DNA from: Myxococcota bacterium
Lineage (GTDB): Bacteria > Myxococcota > SpSt-1050
Assembly: GCA_049969675.1 (NCBI GenBank)
Contig: JBMFOP010000001.1
Span: 47,738-111,737 of the forward strand
Direction of reading: 5' to 3'
Length of the DNA stretch: 64,000 nt
The notes beneath the pieces were generated by a model that ran no database searches, was not told the origin of the DNA, and was given only the letters and a program-made list of their open reading frames with translations. Positions 9,397-18,832 of this stretch are shown here, piece by piece; position 1 is the stretch's first letter, and every line of letters begins with the position of its first letter. The position numbers and the translations under genes were made by a program.

Positions 9397-10311
9397 TTAT
9401 TCATTTGTTGGCAAAACTTTTGGCACTACTGATAGTATATTGGCAATCTGCTCCTCCTCTTTGATATCAGAAGGGATATCAACTATCTCATAATTTGCCA
9501 GACTGGATAATATCTTTGCGATTAGTTCATGGTTGATACTATGTCCAGCCTTATAAAACTCAAATTCACCCACGACCTTATATCCGATAAGAGATATGTC
9601 ACCCAATGCATCCAGTATCTTATGTCTTACAAATTCATCTATGTATCTGAGAGGCTTATCATTTAGTATCTTGAAGTCATCCACAACAATTGCATTCTCA
9701 AGGCTTCCGCCTTTAATCAATCCCATAGAGCGCATCTTCTCAATGTCCTTATATTCGCAAAATGTCCTTGCAGGGGCTATATCATCAACAAAGGATTTTG
9801 GGTTGATATTTATAGCAAAAGTTTCTCTGCCAATTACCCTGCTTGGGAAATCTATTGTATATTTTATTCTTAATGTGTCAGACGGTCTTACTATAGCATA
9901 GGCATCATTGTATTTTATCGTTAACTGTCTTCTGATATGCAGTCCTTTTTGGTTCTTTCTCTGAATCCTTATGCCTGTTTGTAATATCTTATTGACAAAT
10001 TCAGCCGCTGAGCCATCCAAGATTGGAATCTCTTCATTCTCGCTCTCTATGATGGCATTATTTATTCCAATTGCATATAGAGTTGCAAGGAGATGTTCTG
10101 TTGTATAAATACTTTTTATGCCGTTTGATAAGGCTGAGCAGAGGTTTGCAGTAATTGAGTTTGAATGAGTGGCTTTTATAAATGAGTCTTCAATCTTAAA
10201 AGATATACCAGAATCTACATCGGCTGGCGAAATTCTTATATGATTGTATTTTCCTGAGTGTAATCCTATTCCAGATATTTCAATAGATGATTTCAGTGTC
10301 ATCTGATACAT
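9397..10311 (-). CDS. lpxC: UDP-3-O-acyl-GlcNAc deacetylase
   Basis: GIGLHSG, T.EHLLA, PILDGSA, ARTF, HKILD..GD motifs. Confidence 0.97.
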   Translation of the reverse strand: MYQMTLKSSIEISGIGLHSGKYNHIRISPADVDSGISFKIEDSFIKATHSNSITANLCSALSNGIKSIYTTEHLLATLYAIGINNAIIESENEEIPILDGSAAEFVNKILQTGIRIQRKNQKGLHIRRQLTIKYNDAYAIVRPSDTLRIKYTIDFPSRVIGRETFAININPKSFVDDIAPARTFCEYKDIEKMRSMGLIKGGSLENAIVVDDFKILNDKPLRYIDEFVRHKILDALGDISLIGYKVVGEFEFYKAGHSINHELIAKILSSLANYEIVDIPSDIKEEEQIANILSVVPKVLPTNE

Positions 10312-11339
10312 CAGAAAAGTGTCTCCTGTTGAATCTGATTCTTCTTTAATGGCTTTTTGTTTAAGTGTTTATATGCCAGAGTGGTTGCTATCCTTCCGCG
10401 AGGAGTTCTATTTAGGAATCCGGACTGGATGAGATAGGGCTCATATACCTCCTCAATTGTATCCTTCTCCTCGCCAATTGCGGCGGAGATGGTATCTATA
10501 CCTACAGGTCCACCTCCAAATTTGTCTATTATACATTCTAAAATCCTGTAGTCCATCTTGTCAAGTCCCAGATTGTCAACTCCGAGTTGTGTGAGAGCAA
10601 AGTCAGTAACCTCCCTATCTATTACTTTCTTATCTTTGACCTGTGCAAAGTCTCTTACCCTTCTTAAAAGCCTGTTTGCAATTCTTGGTGTCCCCCTTGA
10701 CCTGCTGGCTATCTCAAGTGCAGCATCATCTTCTATAGCAATTGAAAGTATTTTAGCACTCCTGATGACGATCTTTTTCAGGTCTTCAGCGCTATAAAAA
10801 TCCAGTGTCTCCACATATCCAAATCTATCTCTGAGTGGTGAAGAGAGGAGTCCAGCCCTTGTCGTTGCACCGATTAATGTAAATGGTTTGAGTGGAAGAT
10901 TTACAATCCTTGCATGTGCCCCCTCTCCAATAATAATATCAAAGTGGAAGTCCTCCATTGCGGGGTATAGATTTTCCTCAACTGCGGCATTTAATCTGTG
11001 AATCTCATCAATAAAAAGGACATCATTGTTGCCAAGATTGGTAAGTAGCCCTGCGAGGTCGCCTTTCTTTTCTATGGCTGGACCGGATGAGATAAATATA
11101 TTTACTCCAAGTTCACCTGCAATTATATGTGCCAGTGTTGTCTTTCCGAGTCCGGGTGGGCCACAGAGCAATATATGGTCAAGAGATTCCCTCCTCTCCT
11201 TTGCAGCCCTTGCAAATATCTTGAGATTGCTTACAATCTTCTCCTGTCCAACAAACTCCTCAAAATTTTGTGGTCTGATTGATGCCTCATATCTGGCATC
11301 ATCTGCCCTTTTAATCGGTGAAATCTCTCTCGGTTCCAT
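10311..11339 (-). CDS. ruvB: Holliday junction helicase RuvB
   Basis: [41 protein letters not shown]. Confidence 0.99.
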   Translation of the reverse strand: MEPREISPIKRADDARYEASIRPQNFEEFVGQEKIVSNLKIFARAAKERRESLDHILLCGPPGLGKTTLAHIIAGELGVNIFISSGPAIEKKGDLAGLLTNLGNNDVLFIDEIHRLNAAVEENLYPAMEDFHFDIIIGEGAHARIVNLPLKPFTLIGATTRAGLLSSPLRDRFGYVETLDFYSAEDLKKIVIRSAKILSIAIEDDAALEIASRSRGTPRIANRLLRRVRDFAQVKDKKVIDREVTDFALTQLGVDNLGLDKMDYRILECIIDKFGGGPVGIDTISAAIGEEKDTIEEVYEPYLIQSGFLNRTPRGRIATTLAYKHLNKKPLKKNQIQQETLF

Positions 11340-11345
11340 AATAAA

Positions 11346-11942
11346 TTAAACAGACTTAATAATATTCAGTGCCTCTTTAAAAAGAGTATTAAAGTCATTA
11401 TTACCTATATTTTTCAAATTGGCAATAGCTTTTTCAGCCTGATTCGGTTTATAACCGAGATTTATAAGGGCGGAGAAGAGTTCCTCTTTAATGGCGTTAT
11501 CTATCTCGCCCGTCTTTACCGGTGTAACTGTAATAAGTTCACTGAGTTTCTCTTTTAATTCAAGGATTATCTTCTCTGCTGTCTTCTTCCCTATACCGGG
11601 CACAGAGGATAAGAATCTGATATCCCCACCTGCAATAGCATTTATAATGTTCTGAAAGGACTCTCTGGATAAAATTGCAATTGCCTTCCTGGGACCAATA
11701 TCTGAGACTGAGATAAGATACTTGAATAATCTGAGCTCTGCCTCCTCCAGAAAGCCAAAGAGTGTAATCTGGTCTTCTCTGACATATAGATATGTGTGAA
11801 TCCTGATTTTTGACTCTTCTATCTGGAATCTCTCAATAATATTTTGAGGGCATAGTATCTCAAATACAACTCCAGCATCAGTCTCTATATATATTGCAGC
11901 ATCAGTTTTCTTAATAGGTCTTCCAATAATCTGTGCAATCAT
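11346..11942 (-). CDS. ruvA: Holliday junction binding protein RuvA
   Basis: VRED...LFGF, VPGIGKKTAEKIILELK, AL..LGY. Confidence 0.96.
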   Translation of the reverse strand: MIAQIIGRPIKKTDAAIYIETDAGVVFEILCPQNIIERFQIEESKIRIHTYLYVREDQITLFGFLEEAELRLFKYLISVSDIGPRKAIAILSRESFQNIINAIAGGDIRFLSSVPGIGKKTAEKIILELKEKLSELITVTPVKTGEIDNAIKEELFSALINLGYKPNQAEKAIANLKNIGNNDFNTLFKEALNIIKSV

Positions 11943-12412
11943 ACTGATACTCCTCTGAATGCACCTGAAATGGCAATTGCCAATGCATCCGCTGCATCCT
12001 CGTACGGTATTTCCGGGAGATTCAGTATTATTCTAACCATCTCCTGAACCTGATTCTTGGAGGCATTCCCGTTGCCACAGACAGACTTCTTTACCTCCCT
12101 TGGAGATAGCTCAACGACTCTCAGATTGAATCTGACAAATGCCAGTATAGCCGCCGTCCTTGCAGATGTAAGCATTATGGTAGAGTGGATATTCTTTGCA
12201 TAAAATGCGGTCTCCATACAGACTACATCAGGTGAGAATCTCTTAATCAGATCTTCGGATCTGTCGTAGATATTTGATAGTTTTTCAAAGTAATTATTCT
12301 TATTTTCACTAAAAATTAGACCATTATCAATATGTATAACTTTACTCCCCTCTTTTGAGATTATTCCGTATCCACACTTATTTATTCCGGGGTCAAACCC
12401 GAGTATCTTCAT
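11939..12412 (-). CDS. ruvC: Crossover junction endodeoxyribonuclease RuvC
   Basis: ILG.DPG, VKK.V.G.G.A.K.QV, DAADALAIA. Confidence 0.97.
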   Translation of the reverse strand: MKILGFDPGINKCGYGIISKEGSKVIHIDNGLIFSENKNNYFEKLSNIYDRSEDLIKRFSPDVVCMETAFYAKNIHSTIMLTSARTAAILAFVRFNLRVVELSPREVKKSVCGNGNASKNQVQEMVRIILNLPEIPYEDAADALAIAISGAFRGVSV

Positions 12413-13168
12413 CTATCTCTGTTCCTGCATTGAATTCAGCAGGTTTTCATCTATGTCAATATTTGAACTTACATTCTGGACATCGTCGTGTTCTTCCAGA
12501 TTCTCAATTAATCTCAATACGGATTCTGCATCCTTATTGTCCGGTTTGACATAGTTTTGGGGGATAAAACCTATCCTTGCGGAGATTGGAGTAATTCCCT
12601 TTGCCTTAATGGCTCCAAGAACCTTAGAATAATCCTGAACACTGGTATATACTGTATAGGTTCCATCTTCATTTATTACATCATCTGCACCTGCATTAAG
12701 AGCAAGTTCCATCAACTCATCTTCAGATATCTTATCTCCTTCAATTATTATCTCACCCTTCTTGCTGAACATCCAGCTGACACACCCCGACTCACCGAGA
12801 TTACCATTGAACTTACTGAATATCTTTCTGAGCTCTGCTGTGGTTCTGTTTTTATTATCTGTGGCAGCCTCAACTATTATTGCGACGCCGGCCGCTCCAT
12901 AACCTTCATATATACACTCTTCGTAATTAACACCTTCAAGTTCGCCGGTGCCTTTTTTGATTGCCCTTTCTATATTGTCTGATGGCATATTGGCATCTCT
13001 TGCCGCATCTATGGCTGTCCGGAGCCTCGGATTATTATCTGGGTTGCCACCACCCATTCGTGCTGCAATGGTTATCTCTTTTATGAGTTTGGTAAAGAGC
13101 CTTCCTCGTTTTGCATCTGCCGCGCTCTTCTTATGTTTAATGGTCGCCCATTTGCTGTGTCCGGACAT
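12413..13168 (-). CDS. yebC: YebC/PmpR family protein
   Basis: [25 protein letters not shown]. Confidence 0.97.
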   Translation of the reverse strand: MSGHSKWATIKHKKSAADAKRGRLFTKLIKEITIAARMGGGNPDNNPRLRTAIDAARDANMPSDNIERAIKKGTGELEGVNYEECIYEGYGAAGVAIIVEAATDNKNRTTAELRKIFSKFNGNLGESGCVSWMFSKKGEIIIEGDKISEDELMELALNAGADDVINEDGTYTVYTSVQDYSKVLGAIKAKGITPISARIGFIPQNYVKPDNKDAESVLRLIENLEEHDDVQNVSSNIDIDENLLNSMQEQR

Positions 13169-13179
13169 TTAATACCTCC

Positions 13180-13467
13180 TTATTTTTTATCTGTTTGAAT
13201 ATTTTCAGGTGGTAAAACAGAGACATAGTTTCTTTCTTTCTTTCTTATCGATCTTATCGAATACTTTACTTTCCCATCAATCAGTGCGAAGAGTGTATAA
13301 TCTCTACCCATACCTACATTATGTCCGGGGTGGATCTTTGTGCCACACTGTTTCACCAATATGTTCCCAGCCTTTACAAACTGACCATCATAAATCTTTA
13401 CACCTCTATACTTTGGGTTGCTGTCTCTGCCGTTTCTACCTGCACCCTGAGCCTTCTTTCTACCCAT
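13180..13467 (-). CDS. rpmA: 50S ribosomal protein L27
   Basis: RNGRDS...RGVK, G.NVG.GRD.TLFA. Confidence 0.97.
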   Translation of the reverse strand: MGRKKAQGAGRNGRDSNPKYRGVKIYDGQFVKAGNILVKQCGTKIHPGHNVGMGRDYTLFALIDGKVKYSIRSIRKKERNYVSVLPPENIQTDKK

Positions 13468-13477
13468 TGTAATCCTC

Positions 13478-13792
13478 CTATCTGGATTCTATTGAGATTA
13501 TCTTGATTTCGGTAAATGGTTGTCTGTGGCCTTTGAGTTTCTTAAAGCCTTTTCTCCTTTTTCGCTTAAAGACCAGAACCTTATCGGATTTGTCCTGTCT
13601 GATGATCTCGGCAACAACCTTTGTATCAGGGATTATTGGTCTTCCAATCTTTGGAGATTCTGTTCCTCCGATAAAAAGAACCTCTCTGAGTTCTATCCTT
13701 TCCCCAACATTACCGTTTAATTTTTCAACCCTGATTTTATTGCCTTCTTCAACTCTGTACTGCTTGCCACCTGTCTGAATTACTGCATACAT
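13478..13792 (-). CDS. rplU: 50S ribosomal protein L21
   Basis: [28 protein letters not shown] before 13792. Confidence 0.98.
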   Translation of the reverse strand: MYAVIQTGGKQYRVEEGNKIRVEKLNGNVGERIELREVLFIGGTESPKIGRPIIPDTKVVAEIIRQDKSDKVLVFKRKRRKGFKKLKGHRQPFTEIKIISIESR

Positions 13793-13819
13793 ATCAATCC
13801 TCCATAAATAAGGAGTTTG

Positions 13820-13848
13820 CATATACACAATATTGTTGCTATTGTCAA
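13820..13848 (-). promoter_or_regulatory. sigma70 promoter of the rplU-rpmA operon
   Basis: Minus strand TTGACA-17 nt-TATATG. Confidence 0.7.
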
Positions 13849-13951
13849 GCCTATCTTTTTTCAAAACATTTATAGTTCTTAAGTCTGTAATTCTTGCAAA
13901 ATATCTGGTTTTGTAATATTATTGATGCCTCTTTGTGTGAAAGGAGGATTA

Positions 13952-14467
13952 ATGGGCAAGAGTCCATCAGAGATAAGGCAGGAACAGAGAAAGCCAGTAA
14001 AAGTATTTATTAATTTCAGGACAATAGACCAGTTTTATTCTGAAATAGGGACGAATCTATCTCTCGGAGGTGTATTTGTCAGGTCATCCAATCCGCTTCC
14101 GGTAGGGACCGAGATTAAGATTAGTTTTAATATCCCGCAGTTTGGCTGTTATCTGGAATCTCAGGGAGTGGTGGTGCACAATGGGACTCTGGAGAATCCA
14201 GGTATGGGTATAAAGTTTAAGGGGTTATCAGATAGGGCAAAAAAGCTATTGCAGGATGTGCTGGATCACGAATTGTTGCCGCCAGGGGAAGAGCCGTCAG
14301 ATGGAGAAAAGGGTGAGAGAAAAAAGACTAAAGTTACAGTGACTGTTGAGTCTCAGAATAAAGGAATAAAAAAGGCTAAGAGTTCAAGGACTGTTAGTAA
14401 GAGAGTTTCAAAAAAGGAAATATCAAAAGATTCAAAAAAAACTAAATGTGCAAAACGAAAGAGGTAG
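13952..14467 (+). CDS. PilZ domain protein (myxobacterial TIGR02266-like) with Lys-rich tail
   Basis: RQEQR (RxxxR), NLSLGGVF (N/DxSxxG), GMGIKF; AGGAGG RBS. Confidence 0.85.
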   Translation: MGKSPSEIRQEQRKPVKVFINFRTIDQFYSEIGTNLSLGGVFVRSSNPLPVGTEIKISFNIPQFGCYLESQGVVVHNGTLENPGMGIKFKGLSDRAKKLLQDVLDHELLPPGEEPSDGEKGERKKTKVTVTVESQNKGIKKAKSSRTVSKRVSKKEISKDSKKTKCAKRKR

Positions 14468-14489
14468 AGTATAGTATCATAGGGTTTTA

Positions 14490-15308
14490 ATGATAGTAAG
14501 AGAGCCTAAATATAGTGGTAAATTTTATCCAGAAAAGCCCAGAGTCCTCATCTCTATGTTGCAGGATCTGTACAATAGGGTTGAATTTTCCCGGAAGAAG
14601 ATAAGGTCTAATGGAATCCTGTTGCCACACGCCGCATATCACTACTCCGGGCATGTGGCTATGTCTGTCTTGAAGTGCATAGAAATTCCAGAGAATATAA
14701 TAATCTTTTGTCCAAATCACAATGGACTCGGGGAGGATGTAAATATTGTCTCTGAGGGACGCTTTATAACACCTATTGGAGATGTTGCTATAAATTCGGA
14801 TATTGCAAGGGGTATTATGAAAGATATCCCCGAAGTAAAGGAAGATATAAAGTCTCATCTGATAGAACATTCAATTGAGGTGCAACTCCCGTTATTAAAA
14901 TACCTTAGAAACGATGTAAGAATTGTTCCCATACTTATTAAGAAACTTAAAGCAAATATTCTTACAAAATTGATATCTGATTTTGCAAATTTCTTTAAGG
15001 GTTCTGGTGCTTCTGACATTCTATTTCTCTCAAGCAGTGACCTCTCTCATTATGAGAGATATGATGAGGCAATAAGGAAGGATAAGCTGCTCTTAAAATA
15101 TGTTGAGAAGATGGATATCTATGGGCTCAAAAAGGTAATTGAAGAAGAACATATCTCTATGTGTGGATATGAGGGCACAGCAATCAATATGGAGTTGTGT
15201 CGTCAGTCTGGTGCTACTCAGGGGATAATTAAGAGGTATGATACAAGTAGTTCAAGCGATGGGAATTATGAGAGTGTTGTGGGGTATGCAGGGGCCTGTT
15301 TTGTATAG
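14490..15308 (+). CDS. amrB: AmmeMemoRadiSam system protein B (MEMO1 family)
   Basis: G.FYP, PHA.Y.YSG, EHSIEVQLP, SSDLSHY, SMCG, VVGYA. Confidence 0.92.
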   Translation: MIVREPKYSGKFYPEKPRVLISMLQDLYNRVEFSRKKIRSNGILLPHAAYHYSGHVAMSVLKCIEIPENIIIFCPNHNGLGEDVNIVSEGRFITPIGDVAINSDIARGIMKDIPEVKEDIKSHLIEHSIEVQLPLLKYLRNDVRIVPILIKKLKANILTKLISDFANFFKGSGASDILFLSSSDLSHYERYDEAIRKDKLLLKYVEKMDIYGLKKVIEEEHISMCGYEGTAINMELCRQSGATQGIIKRYDTSSSSDGNYESVVGYAGACFV

Positions 15309-15310
15309 TT

Positions 15311-16864
15311 ATGGATAATGCAAAAGTAAAGGCTTTATATAAAGGTGATATATCCAGAATTAATATCTGTGAGCTTTTGATAAGGCTTGGGGTCTTAAAA
15401 GAGAATGGATATGTGGAGATAATTATTGAAGAGTTGAGGATAAAAATTTATCTATATATGGGGGATATTGTTAATATTGAATCTGATGATATCAATTTCT
15501 CACTTGCGGGATTCTTAAGGAAGAGGAATAGAATCAGTGAAGAGCAGTATGCAGATGTAAAGAAGATGGTGCAGGCTGGAGATAATAGTACTGCAGAGGT
15601 ACTCCTGACCCTCGGGTTAATCAAACCATTTGAGGTTATTCAGTTCATAAACGAATTTCTTATATGTGCTCTCGGCAGGATAGCGACTTTTTCAAAGGGG
15701 ATTTATGTTTATTACAGGATTGAACAGGATGTCTATCCTTTCCCGGTAAATCTGAGATTCAACACAGTAGATGCTGTAAAGAATGTGATATTTAATCATC
15801 TCCCCGATGAATATTTTATAAGGCTCTTTGCAAGACATAATGAGATTGATGTCATATTGCGAAGTTCAGGGCTGACCATTGAGAATGCAAGGCTTGGTCC
15901 AAAGGAGTTGCGATATCTTAAAGCCATCTGTTCTTCAGGGAAATTTGTAGATTATCTCCCTGAAATTAATCCCACTAACTCAGAACATATCTATAAACTC
16001 AGGGCTGCATATTATTTTAAGTTGTGTGCATTTATTGAGATGAGGAGAGGGAAAGAGAGTTTTGAATCAGTATTCCATATTGAGAACCTGAAAGATAATC
16101 ATTTTGGGGAATGTGGAGTGGTTCCCCCGTCAGAAAAGGCTTTAGAAAAAGAGGGATGTAAGATTGATGATGAGGAGGAGAAGAAGATATCAGAGCTGAC
16201 AGCCCTCTTTGAGGAGATGAAGAAGAAGAATTTCTTTGAAAGATTGAATGTCAGCGAAGATGCACAGGATGCCCAGATAAAGAAGGCGTATCTCCTGCTT
16301 GCAAAGAAGTATCACCCTGATATTGTCACTGTTAATGCTTCAAAGAGGATAAAGAAGTGTTATGAGGATATATTTGCACTTATCAACGAGGCGTATCAGA
16401 GGCTTGAGAAGGCAGATTCAAGGAGAGATTATCTGGAATCAATAAAACAGAGTGAGGATGGAAAGTCTGATGTGGATATAGCGAGTATTCTGGAAGATGA
16501 GGCAAAATTTATAAGGGCTAAGGCACTTATCAAGAACAACAGAAATATAGAATCTGGACTTCAGATACTTGAAGATATAATGACGAGAAATCAGGATGAT
16601 GAGTACAGGATTTATTATCTCTGGGGGAAATTCCTTAAAGAGAAGCCTACAGACCCAGCCGTAATAGGGAAGATAATAACATCTCTTGAAATGATTGCAA
16701 AGAAGAAGGAGCTTCCGGACCTCTTCCTGTTCCTCGGTTACCTATATAAAGCAGTCAGGAATGAGGAGAAGATGATAGAGGCATTCAAAAGACTTCTAAA
16801 GCTCGAGCCGAATAATACAATTGCCTCTATTGAGATTAAACTATATGAGAAGAAGAAGAGATGA
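15311..16864 (+). CDS. DUF4388-like + DnaJ (J-domain) + TPR protein
   Basis: IKKAY..LAKKYHPD J-domain, INEAY..L, C-terminal TPR. Confidence 0.85.
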   Translation: MDNAKVKALYKGDISRINICELLIRLGVLKENGYVEIIIEELRIKIYLYMGDIVNIESDDINFSLAGFLRKRNRISEEQYADVKKMVQAGDNSTAEVLLTLGLIKPFEVIQFINEFLICALGRIATFSKGIYVYYRIEQDVYPFPVNLRFNTVDAVKNVIFNHLPDEYFIRLFARHNEIDVILRSSGLTIENARLGPKELRYLKAICSSGKFVDYLPEINPTNSEHIYKLRAAYYFKLCAFIEMRRGKESFESVFHIENLKDNHFGECGVVPPSEKALEKEGCKIDDEEEKKISELTALFEEMKKKNFFERLNVSEDAQDAQIKKAYLLLAKKYHPDIVTVNASKRIKKCYEDIFALINEAYQRLEKADSRRDYLESIKQSEDGKSDVDIASILEDEAKFIRAKALIKNNRNIESGLQILEDIMTRNQDDEYRIYYLWGKFLKEKPTDPAVIGKIITSLEMIAKKKELPDLFLFLGYLYKAVRNEEKMIEAFKRLLKLEPNNTIASIEIKLYEKKKR

Positions 16865-18162
16865 GACTATCGTGTAAGATCGCATATGCTGTATTGGTTG
16901 CATCATTTGTCCTCTCTGCCTGTCAGACAGCCACTCATCTTAAGCCAGAGGGCTGCCAGCAGCAGATAATATTTGAGATACAGGGTATATCACATCCTGT
17001 AAAAGATATTTCAGAAAACAGGGCTCTATTAAGGCTTGAGGGAGAGATATCTGTGGCATCGGTGGGGGATATCATTCCTCATAACAATGTAAAGAAGGCG
17101 GCGTCACAGGGGAATATAGTTCAGGGTGGAAGGAGTATAAATAATGAAGGTTTTGATACCCTTTTTGAGAATGTAAAGGAGTATCTTAAAGCCGATGTCA
17201 CTATTGCAAATTACGAATCACCAATTGCCCCCATAAATGGTTCATCAGGGCAACCTTTTGTATTTAATTCTGATACATCCCTTCTTAGAGCCGCAAGAGA
17301 TGCAAATATCAATCTGTTTAATATAGCAAATAACCACATCTATGATCAGGATATAAAAGGGTTTTTAGAGACGATAGAGAATTTTGAATCGGAGAAGATA
17401 AGATATATAGGCACATATACCGATGATAAGCCACGCCCTCTATTCCTGGAAAGGAATGGGATCAGGGTGGCATTCTTTGGATTTACCACGCTCTTAAATA
17501 ATCAACCCGATTACGGCCGGCTCAGGGAGTATGTTAGAAAGTATATAGGAGAGAAGGATACAGAAGAGATCAGAAAGGCTAAAGAGAAGGCAGATATTGT
17601 GATTGTTTATATACACTGGGGAGAGGAATATAAGAAGGAGCCAGACGAATCACAGATCAGTCTCGCAGATGAATTGATTGAGGCTGGCGCAGATATTATA
17701 ATTGGTGGACATCCACATATACTCCAGCCATTGAGTCTTATAGCCTCAAATGATATGCGGATTGTCCCTGTGGCATTTTCAATGGGAAATTTTATCTCAA
17801 ATCAGAGCCGAAATTATGCATTTCCTATATCCGGTGAAGATGAGGGGAGGACAAGGGACTCCGCAATATTGAGATTTAAGCTAAAAAAATATTCTTACAA
17901 CGACTTTTCCTTTACTGTGGTCTCGGAACTCTATTTTGTGCCTCTCTGGACATACAACAATGATATCCAGTTTTCAAAGGGGGTTGAAAAGAGACTTAAG
18001 ATATATCCATTCCCTATCACGGAAAGGATAGAACAATTGAATAAGGCAATTGTGGTAGAGAAGGATGAAAATAGGAAGAAGGAACTCCTTCTGGAACTTG
18101 AAAATCTGTTGTTGAGGCTCAAATTGATAAAGGGTACACTCGGAGAAGATTATGTAAGATAG
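16861..18162 (+). CDS. CapA family metallophosphatase-fold lipoprotein
   Basis: Lipobox LSAC; VGD, N.E.P, ANNH..D, HWG.EY, GGHPH, S.GNF. Confidence 0.9.
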   Translation: MRLSCKIAYAVLVASFVLSACQTATHLKPEGCQQQIIFEIQGISHPVKDISENRALLRLEGEISVASVGDIIPHNNVKKAASQGNIVQGGRSINNEGFDTLFENVKEYLKADVTIANYESPIAPINGSSGQPFVFNSDTSLLRAARDANINLFNIANNHIYDQDIKGFLETIENFESEKIRYIGTYTDDKPRPLFLERNGIRVAFFGFTTLLNNQPDYGRLREYVRKYIGEKDTEEIRKAKEKADIVIVYIHWGEEYKKEPDESQISLADELIEAGADIIIGGHPHILQPLSLIASNDMRIVPVAFSMGNFISNQSRNYAFPISGEDEGRTRDSAILRFKLKKYSYNDFSFTVVSELYFVPLWTYNNDIQFSKGVEKRLKIYPFPITERIEQLNKAIVVEKDENRKKELLLELENLLLRLKLIKGTLGEDYVR

Positions 18163-18163
18163 T

Positions 18164-18799
18164 ATGAAATACTCTCCAATTATATGGGCATCAGCATATC
18201 TGATAAGCAGGTTAATCAGGAGTTACAGATATGTAGTCAGTAATGATGCTATTGTACAGAATTGCAAAAGACCTCCGGTCTTTGCTCTATTCCATTCTAC
18301 TCAGATGTTGGTTGCAAGTTATAGAACCAATTTTAAGACCAATATATTGGTAAGTCTTTCAAAGGATGGGGAGATAGCAGCACAGGCATTACAGATGCTC
18401 GGCTTTGGAGTGGTAAGGGGTTCTTCTTCAAAAAGGGGTAGAGAGGCACTTGATGAATTGATATTAAAGGTCAGATCCGGAGAATCAGCCGCTATTACAG
18501 TTGATGGTCCACGGGGTCCCTGTGAAGAGGTAAAGAGTGGAATAATAAGACTTGCGTCAGAGTCAAATGCGCCAATAGTTTGTGTATCAGCTGCTGCAAA
18601 GGTTATGTATAGATTAAAGAATTCCTGGGACCGTTTTATAGTTGCACCCCCTCTTTCAAAGGTCTTTATCTCTTTTTCGGACCCCATCACTGTCGATAGA
18701 ATAGTGGATGCTGAAGAGATAAAATTTTTTAAGAGTCTAATAAAAACAAAATTGCGCTCCCTGTTTGAGGATTCTCTCAAAATGGTTCAAAAAATTTAA
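18164..18799 (+). CDS. DUF374 / lysophospholipid acyltransferase family protein
   Basis: S.SKDGEI, VRGSS.K.G, IT.DGPRGP, SWDRF. Confidence 0.9.
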   Translation: MKYSPIIWASAYLISRLIRSYRYVVSNDAIVQNCKRPPVFALFHSTQMLVASYRTNFKTNILVSLSKDGEIAAQALQMLGFGVVRGSSSKRGREALDELILKVRSGESAAITVDGPRGPCEEVKSGIIRLASESNAPIVCVSAAAKVMYRLKNSWDRFIVAPPLSKVFISFSDPITVDRIVDAEEIKFFKSLIKTKLRSLFEDSLKMVQKI

Positions 18800-18832
18800 G
18801 AGTTATGTTATATAAATTTCAAGAGGTGTGGA

